Below, piece by piece: positions 57,970-64,000 of a DNA stretch of 64,000 nucleotides; position 1 is the first letter of the stretch, and the number at the start of each line of letters is the position of its first letter. A program made the translations under genes and the position numbers. Source of the stretch: Candidatus Thorarchaeota archaeon (GTDB lineage Archaea; Asgardarchaeota; Thorarchaeia; Thorarchaeales; Thorarchaeaceae); contig RDOC01000003.1 in assembly GCA_011364985.1 (NCBI GenBank), positions 64,001 through 128,000 on the forward strand, given 5' to 3'. The notes below the pieces were generated by a model that was not told the DNA's origin, ran no database searches, and saw only the letters and a list, made by a program, of their open reading frames with translations.

Positions 57970-59319
57970 TTGCCATTGGTTCTAGAAGGTCTAGGAAAAT
58001 CACTCAACTCTGCTCTAAAAAGACTCTTTGGAGCTGCTGTTATCGACGAAGATCTTGTCAAGGAATTGGCTAAAGACATCCAGCGCGCCCTGCTAGTGGC
58101 GGATGTCGATGTCAATCTTGTCATGGCAATCACAAAAAGAGTGGAGGAACAAGCTCTAGATGAGTCTCTACCAAGGGGTGTTTCACGAAGAGAGCATATC
58201 GTCAAGGTGGTTTGGGACACGCTCGCATGTTTTCTGGGCGAAAAAGCTGTTCCTCTCGTCATTGACCCAGGAAAACCAAATCTTGTAATGATGGTTGGGA
58301 TTCAAGGGTCGGGAAAGACAACGACTATCGGCAAACTTGCTCGTTACTACCAGAAACGTGGTATCAAGACCGGCGTGATATGTGCGGACAATTTCAGACC
58401 AGGAGCCTACAACCAGCTCAAACAGCTGGCCGAGAAGTCGAGTATTCCATTTTATGGAGATGAGGAACAAAAGGATGCCGTCAATCTAGCCAAGAAAGGG
58501 TTCGATGAGATGCGCAAGAAAGGCATCGAACTCATTCTGCTTGATACTTCTGGAAGACATCGAGAAGAAAAGGGTCTGATTAAGGAGATGAGAGATATCT
58601 CCAGATCAGTAAAACCCAAGGAGATCGTGATGGTTATTGATGGAACTCTTGGACAACAAGCAGGTGTCCAAGCAGCCGCCTTTAAGGAAGCGACGGATAT
58701 TGGGTCAATTATCGTAACAAAGCTAGATGGAAGTGCGAAGGGTGGTGGAGCTCTCTCTGCTGTTGCTGCAACTGGTGCACCTATCAAATTCATTGGCACT
58801 GGAGAATCGATGGATGCGATTGAACCATTCAATCCGACGAAATTCGCCGGGCGCCTTTTGGGTATGTCAGATATCCGTGGCCTCATTGACAAAGTGAGAG
58901 AAGCCCAAATCGATGTAGACGAAGATGTTACAATGCGTTTTATGAAAGGGCAGTTCTCACTAAACGACATGATGGTACAGCTGAAACAACTCAAGAAGAT
59001 GGGACCCATTGGGAAAGTAATGGAAATGCTTGGCCTGCAATACAAACTTCCGGATAATATGGCAGAAGTTCAGGAGGAGAATATGAAACGATGGGAAGTC
59101 ATCATGAACTCGATGACCAAGGAAGAGCGTGACAATCCAAAGATTATCAAATCTTCTCGTATTTCAAGAATTGCACAAGGCTCTGGAACAAGTTCAAGGG
59201 ATGTCCGTGACATGCTGAAGCAACATCAACAGATGCAGAAGATGATGAAACACATCGGAAAGCAACGCCGCGGAAGAAGAGGCGGTATTCCGGGTATTCC
59301 AGGACTGCCAGGGATGTAG
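57970..59319 (+). CDS. srp54: signal recognition particle protein SRP54
   Basis: GIQGSGKTTT, DTSGRH, TKLDGSAKGGGALS, Met-rich M domain, SMT..E, RIAQGSG. Confidence 0.97.
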   Translation: MPLVLEGLGKSLNSALKRLFGAAVIDEDLVKELAKDIQRALLVADVDVNLVMAITKRVEEQALDESLPRGVSRREHIVKVVWDTLACFLGEKAVPLVIDPGKPNLVMMVGIQGSGKTTTIGKLARYYQKRGIKTGVICADNFRPGAYNQLKQLAEKSSIPFYGDEEQKDAVNLAKKGFDEMRKKGIELILLDTSGRHREEKGLIKEMRDISRSVKPKEIVMVIDGTLGQQAGVQAAAFKEATDIGSIIVTKLDGSAKGGGALSAVAATGAPIKFIGTGESMDAIEPFNPTKFAGRLLGMSDIRGLIDKVREAQIDVDEDVTMRFMKGQFSLNDMMVQLKQLKKMGPIGKVMEMLGLQYKLPDNMAEVQEENMKRWEVIMNSMTKEERDNPKIIKSSRISRIAQGSGTSSRDVRDMLKQHQQMQKMMKHIGKQRRGRRGGIPGIPGLPGM

Positions 59320-59352
59320 ACTCTCTAAATATAGAGGAGTTCCTGAGCTGCC

Positions 59353-59937
59353 ATGCGCCGGTTCCTAATCGGCTTTGAGAAGTTTCCGATCAAACTGGAG
59401 GATGTAAGGAGCGGAACAAACTCACCGCAGGTGATAACGGCCAGTAGATGTGTCAATGTTGGACTTTTTCTATCAGGCAATATGCGGAGAAACGTAGAGA
59501 TTGTCATATCGATCGGAAAGGGAAGTGATCTTGAAGTGATATCATTTCCAGGATGGCAGCTCAGACGTGTTTCCCCAGACGAACGATCAATCGCCTATTT
59601 TCTTTTGAAAGCATTATACGAGCTACAGAACATGAATGAAGAGGAAATGGTGGAAATGCCTAACGGCATCATTTTAATGAAGACCAATGTTGATTCATTG
59701 ATTGAAAGCTGGGATAGTCTGGAGGTGTTCCTAGCTACAACGAATGCCGAGTGGAAAACGATGGAAGAAGCAATGGAACATGCTGTATACATCTTCCCTA
59801 CAAGTGATAGGCTGTACTTTGACCAGTGCAATATCAATATGCAGCCGATTTGGAAACCAGCCTATCCGGAGAGATTTATTCTAGACATAAACATGGTCCA
59901 AGATAGAAGACTTGGATGCATTGGGAAATCTTCATAA
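59353..59937 (+). CDS. TrmY-like SPOUT protein, divergent
   Basis: MRRF, RC...LFLS..MRRNV, PDERS motifs and position after srp54; SAM-binding knot motifs not recognisable. Confidence 0.6.
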   Translation: MRRFLIGFEKFPIKLEDVRSGTNSPQVITASRCVNVGLFLSGNMRRNVEIVISIGKGSDLEVISFPGWQLRRVSPDERSIAYFLLKALYELQNMNEEEMVEMPNGIILMKTNVDSLIESWDSLEVFLATTNAEWKTMEEAMEHAVYIFPTSDRLYFDQCNINMQPIWKPAYPERFILDINMVQDRRLGCIGKSS

Positions 59938-59987
59938 TATCATCTTCCAAATCCCTTCTGGTAGACATGAATTGGAAGTGAATTCCC

Positions 59988-61166
59988 GTGCCTACGAACG
60001 TTTCCCCAGAATTCGATAAACAGAGGCAAATCTACGAGGACACTGAAGACCTCACCCAGAGGATAGCAGAACTAGAGAAGCTTCTTGCTCTTGCGCCCAA
60101 TCACAAGGGCGCAGAACGAATGAGAGGCGACTATAGAAAGAAGTTGGCCCAACTAAAGGCGAAACTTGAGAAGCAACGAGAACAAGATCGGATTCGAAAG
60201 AGTGGAGGCGCCCAAGAGGAGGGAGTTGTAAGGAAGGAGGGTGCAGGGCAAGTATGTCTGATTGGGATCACAAACAGTGGAAAATCGTCTCTAATCAACG
60301 CAGTAACTACTGCAGAACTAGAGGTAGGCGATTATCCCTTTACTACACCAATCCCAACGCCTGCAATGTTAGCTCTACAAGACATCAATATTCAGCTTGT
60401 TGAATTGCCGGGTGTCTTTGAAGGAAGCCATGAGGCGGGAATAGGAAGACAGGCCCTATCGGTCTCCAGAAACACAGACTGCATTGCTCTTGTGATTGAC
60501 CTCTCACAGGACATAGATAGTCAAATGGAGATCATACTAAGTGAATTGAACAAGGCAAGAATTAGATTAAACAAAGAGAAATCTGCAGTTAGAATCGAGC
60601 GGGTAGGACTCGGTGGGCATATGATCTATGGTGCACAGAACTACCAAGGTAATATCGATGAGGTGAAGGAATATCTAAGCGCAAGAAGAATAGCAAACAT
60701 CATTGTGCGCTTCCAAAGAGAGACGACCTTCCAGCAGTTTGTCGATGCAATGGACGCAAGTGTCGCCTATGTTCGTGCATTAATCGTTGCAACAAAGGGA
60801 GATGTTCCGGGTTCGGAAAGCCGTTTTAAGGAACTGGAAGAAAAGTACGGAAATAGGTTTGATATTGTTCCCACTTCAGTCAGGCAGAATGAGAATCTTG
60901 ATGGTATGAGTTGGGCGCTCTACGATCATCTAGATATCCTGAGAGTCTATACAAAGATACCCGGCAAGAAGCGGGAAGATAGACCAATAGTCCTGCCTGA
61001 AGGGTCCGTTGTTGAGGATGCTGCAAGCAAAGTTCACAAGGAGCTATTTGTGGAAAGATTTCGAAGTGCGACCATCATCAGAGAGAACGACAAGATAAAA
61101 CGTAGGCAGGTGGGACTCAATTACCCACTTCAAGATGGAGATATAATTCAGCTAGCTCATCGCTAG
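59988..61166 (+). CDS. DRG/OBG-family GTPase with TGS domain
   Basis: GITNSGKSS, YPFTT, ELPG, TKGD, RVYTKIPG, LQDGDII. Confidence 0.92.
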   Translation: MPTNVSPEFDKQRQIYEDTEDLTQRIAELEKLLALAPNHKGAERMRGDYRKKLAQLKAKLEKQREQDRIRKSGGAQEEGVVRKEGAGQVCLIGITNSGKSSLINAVTTAELEVGDYPFTTPIPTPAMLALQDINIQLVELPGVFEGSHEAGIGRQALSVSRNTDCIALVIDLSQDIDSQMEIILSELNKARIRLNKEKSAVRIERVGLGGHMIYGAQNYQGNIDEVKEYLSARRIANIIVRFQRETTFQQFVDAMDASVAYVRALIVATKGDVPGSESRFKELEEKYGNRFDIVPTSVRQNENLDGMSWALYDHLDILRVYTKIPGKKREDRPIVLPEGSVVEDAASKVHKELFVERFRSATIIRENDKIKRRQVGLNYPLQDGDIIQLAHR

Positions 61167-61193
61167 TCAATCCCCTCCATGAGGTGAAATTCA

Positions 61194-61931
61194 TTGACTA
61201 AATTGGACAATGTCACTGTGATTCTTGTCGAACCCAAATCCCCGGGAAATGCGGGCTTTGCTGCAAGAGTGATTTCCAATTTTGGAGTCAATAGGCTGAG
61301 AATCGTGGGAGAAGACCCCAGACATGAAAGCCAGGCACAAATCTTCTCGGTTCACGCTCATGACCTTCTTGAGTCTGCTGGCATTTTTCCGGACCTGAGC
61401 AGTGCAATACAGGACATGCATGCAGCATGGGCAGCAACCGCCAGATCGGGCCGAAACCATAGCGTCACTAGGGCACTGGTTCCACTTGAGAAGTTGCCAA
61501 ATCCATTAACAATGGAGGGGAATGTGGCTATTGTATTTGGAAGAGAGGATATTGGACTTACCAATGAAGAGATTCTGCTCTGTGATTTGGCCTTTACTAT
61601 TCCAGTGGCTCCAAGCTATCCCAGCATGAATCTCAGTCACGCAGTAGCCGTTGTGCTATACCATCTTTATTCGGCATATGCACCTGAGGAGAGGAAGGAA
61701 CCTACTGAAGCAAAGCCAGCTACTAGAAAAGAACGAGAGATTGTTTACAAGTTCTTTGATGAAATCGTAGACAGACTCACAATCAAGGACTTCAGGAAGC
61801 CCATTGCAAAGCAGGTATTTCGGAACCTCTTGGGCAGATCCTATATGACAGGAAGAGAAGTGATGACGCTGACCGGAGTGGTTCGAAAGGTCATGGAGCA
61901 AATTGATGAGAATCCTGAGAAAGAAGAATGA
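61194..61931 (+). CDS. trmJ: tRNA (position 32) 2'-O-methyltransferase, TrmJ family
   Basis: ILVEP..PGNAG..AR...NFG, VFGREDIGLTNEE, IP....YPSMNLSHAV. Confidence 0.88.
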   Translation: MTKLDNVTVILVEPKSPGNAGFAARVISNFGVNRLRIVGEDPRHESQAQIFSVHAHDLLESAGIFPDLSSAIQDMHAAWAATARSGRNHSVTRALVPLEKLPNPLTMEGNVAIVFGREDIGLTNEEILLCDLAFTIPVAPSYPSMNLSHAVAVVLYHLYSAYAPEERKEPTEAKPATRKEREIVYKFFDEIVDRLTIKDFRKPIAKQVFRNLLGRSYMTGREVMTLTGVVRKVMEQIDENPEKEE

Positions 61932-61993
61932 GATTCCTAATATGCACTAATGTATAGGATTAGTTGATGGCGAAGTGGCTCGGTTGAAGGCAA

Positions 61994-62695
61994 ATGCACT
62001 GTGATGGGATTGTAGGTAGGTTCACTCCAAACGGCTTCCTTTTCCAAGGAGCATATTGGGTAGTAGAAGTAGTAATTCTCATCCTGATTTTCATGCTTCT
62101 TTGGATTTGCTGCTGTGTTAGGTCAATTCGGTATTCTTGGAAGTTTCCAATACCTGCGTTTATGGGAAATGCAATTGCAGCAGGACCGTATCGCAGGAGA
62201 GTACAGCCTCCATCAATGGTAGTAGATGCAATAGATGCCAAGCCTGGAATGACCGTCATTGACATCGGCTGTGGTTCTGGACTCTATACAGTTGCTGTTG
62301 CGGAAGCGGTACAGCCTGATGGAGTAGTATATGCAGTGGATATACAGGAAGGAATGTTGGAAAAACTGAGAAGCCGGATGAAACGTGAAGGCATAGAGAA
62401 CATCATTCCTGTCTTAGCTGATGCCGAGGGGCGAATCCCGCTTGACGATGGAATTGCTGACGCGATTTTCTCAACAGCAGTCATACCCGAAATCCCTGAT
62501 CCTGTAAAGGCGCTGCTTCAAATAAAGCGTCTATTGAAAACAGGCGGCCTTTTTGCGGAGGCAGAATTCCTCTTGGATCCCGACTTCCCCTTGGCAGGTA
62601 CAGTAAAGAAATGGGCGAGAAAGGCAGGACTTGTGTTTGAAAGGCAGGTGGGTCATGCCATGCGTTACGTACTCGTGTTTAGGAAGGACTCATAG
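61994..62695 (+). CDS. class I SAM-dependent methyltransferase with N-terminal TM segment
   Basis: VIDIGCGSG, VYAVDIQ, RLLKTGG; start uncertain. Confidence 0.85.
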   Translation: MHCDGIVGRFTPNGFLFQGAYWVVEVVILILIFMLLWICCCVRSIRYSWKFPIPAFMGNAIAAGPYRRRVQPPSMVVDAIDAKPGMTVIDIGCGSGLYTVAVAEAVQPDGVVYAVDIQEGMLEKLRSRMKREGIENIIPVLADAEGRIPLDDGIADAIFSTAVIPEIPDPVKALLQIKRLLKTGGLFAEAEFLLDPDFPLAGTVKKWARKAGLVFERQVGHAMRYVLVFRKDS

Positions 62696-63688
62696 CTTCA
62701 GGTTAGCAAAACTCGTAGCGAGTACTGATGAGTAATTGTCCCAATTCGTTATCATTTCCTTCAAGAATCTGTACCCATACGAAACCATCTGTTCTAGGTT
62801 GAAGTCAATTCCAGATAGGATGTAAACGAAAGGGCATCGTCCCAATCTGAACTTCATCCTTTGAGGAAGGGTCGAATCGATTCTTCCAGTGTAGGACCTA
62901 AGCATCGATGACAGGAATGCAGTACCTTTATCCTGAAATAGAAAGTCAGCAGCTGGATCGTACACACGTGTTTCTTCAAAATCAATAATGCCTGTCACCT
63001 CAAGATTAGAGGGATTGATGAGGATATTTGTCGTATCAAAATCACCATGGGCAAGGCAGGGAAGATAGTGGAAATTCTCGTCATCATCGAGAAAATCATG
63101 AAAGAGAGTATCGGTCCACTCTTCCTGAAACTCGGAGAGATTGGGATAGACTTCCTTCTGAATTCTCTTGAAGAATTGTCGATGTTTATTGCGGTCTATG
63201 TTCGGAGTAAAAGATGACACAAGTTGACTTTCTGCCAGCCCATTAAAGTCCAATCTATGAAGCTCCCCCAAGAAACGGCCTAAGGTTTCACTTATGTGTC
63301 GCCTCTTTTCAACTGGAGCACTATCGTAGAAATAGTATAGTGAAGCCCCCAGTATCTTTCGATAACCCATGTGTGGGTGTTCAGAACTAGAATCCATAAA
63401 TTCCGGATTGGGGATTTGAAATGAGAGGCGAGATTTCAATTCTCTCAGTACGAGGGTCTCTCTATGAATCAACTGTCTGCGTTCTTCAATGGGCAGGATT
63501 GTGCTTGGAAAACGGAAGATGTATTCCTGCCTAACGTCATAGACATTGTGTGTTCCATGGTAGAGAAAGTGCACATCAGACTCCTTGATACTAGGAATGT
63601 GCTCCTTTATCGTTGAAAATACGACATGGAAACCAATGTCAGGCGGATTATTTTCCTCGAACATCATGTCTAGAGGAGTTGCATTCAA
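62690..63688 (-). CDS. aminoglycoside phosphotransferase (APH)-family kinase
   Basis: IFRFP, FLGELH, LAHGDF...NIL, GIIDFEE, DPAADF. Confidence 0.85.
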   Translation of the reverse strand: MNATPLDMMFEENNPPDIGFHVVFSTIKEHIPSIKESDVHFLYHGTHNVYDVRQEYIFRFPSTILPIEERRQLIHRETLVLRELKSRLSFQIPNPEFMDSSSEHPHMGYRKILGASLYYFYDSAPVEKRRHISETLGRFLGELHRLDFNGLAESQLVSSFTPNIDRNKHRQFFKRIQKEVYPNLSEFQEEWTDTLFHDFLDDDENFHYLPCLAHGDFDTTNILINPSNLEVTGIIDFEETRVYDPAADFLFQDKGTAFLSSMLRSYTGRIDSTLPQRMKFRLGRCPFVYILSGIDFNLEQMVSYGYRFLKEMITNWDNYSSVLATSFANLKL

Positions 63689-63723
63689 TGTAAAGTTGTT
63701 GAATCCCCTTATACAAAAAGGCT

Positions 63724-64000
63724 CTATGAGCCATAGCCAAGTCTTCTCTTCAAATCAGGATCAATCTTGTCGAATTGAATCTTGCAGGGGGTGGGCATCT
63801 TCGGTGCTGCCTTCTCAAGGGCACGCATTGCAGTCTTAAGATGCTGCTCAGTCGTGCGTATTGTGATGAGAGCCTGATTTGGCCTCACGCGCGCCGCTAC
63901 ACCAACGACCTTACCAAAGGCCTTTCGCATCCCGTCTTGGACACGGTCAGCTCCTGCTCCTGAGATCATCTTGTTCTCTCGCAGGTAATGATACGGTTTC
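63724..64000 (-). CDS. rpl10e: ribosomal protein uL16 (L10e), 3' part; 5' end lies outside the window
   Basis: PYHYLRENKMISGAGADRVQDGMRKAFGK.VG.AARV, K.PTPCKI. Confidence 0.95.
   Translation of the reverse strand, partial: KPYHYLRENKMISGAGADRVQDGMRKAFGKVVGVAARVRPNQALITIRTTEQHLKTAMRALEKAAPKMPTPCKIQFDKIDPDLKRRLGYGS

Noticed and set aside
1-64000. CRISPR arrays, transposases, integrases, inteins, rRNA
   Set aside because: No regularly spaced repeats or recognisable mobile-element proteins; AtpA, Cdc48 and Top6B are of normal length; no rRNA-like tract seen

Overview
Gene-dense archaeal core-chromosome segment, most likely from an Asgard archaeon (Thorarchaeia-like). This assignment is an inference from a ribophorin-I homologue, an RPA32-like OB+winged-helix protein and the archaeal ftsZ-secE-spt5-uL11-uL1-uL10-P1 and aIF1A-RIO1-KH-top6B-top6A clusters. 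It encodes about 60 proteins for translation, tRNA modification, replication/repair, glycine cleavage, N-glycosylation, a split A-type ATPase and SRP54. There are four tRNA genes, three of them with BHB introns at D-loop, 37/38, 43/44 and variable-region positions. No CRISPR array, rRNA, transposase or integrase was recognised. The most unusual items are: (1) an unassigned ~210-nt multi-helix RNA at 13353-13563 in a small variable islet next to tRNA-Leu; (2) three genes whose conserved N-termini can only be made from near-cognate starts (CTG, ACG, CTG); (3) a ribophorin-I homologue fused to a DOMON-like domain interrupted by an FKBP-type PPIase domain, divergent from a dolichol-P GlcNAc-1-P transferase; (4) an Spt5 with a C2HC zinc finger inserted in the NGN domain; (5) two related VirB2/CedA1-like small membrane proteins, one inserted with a uracil-DNA glycosylase between atpA and atpB. 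All calls are by eye, and no searches were run.
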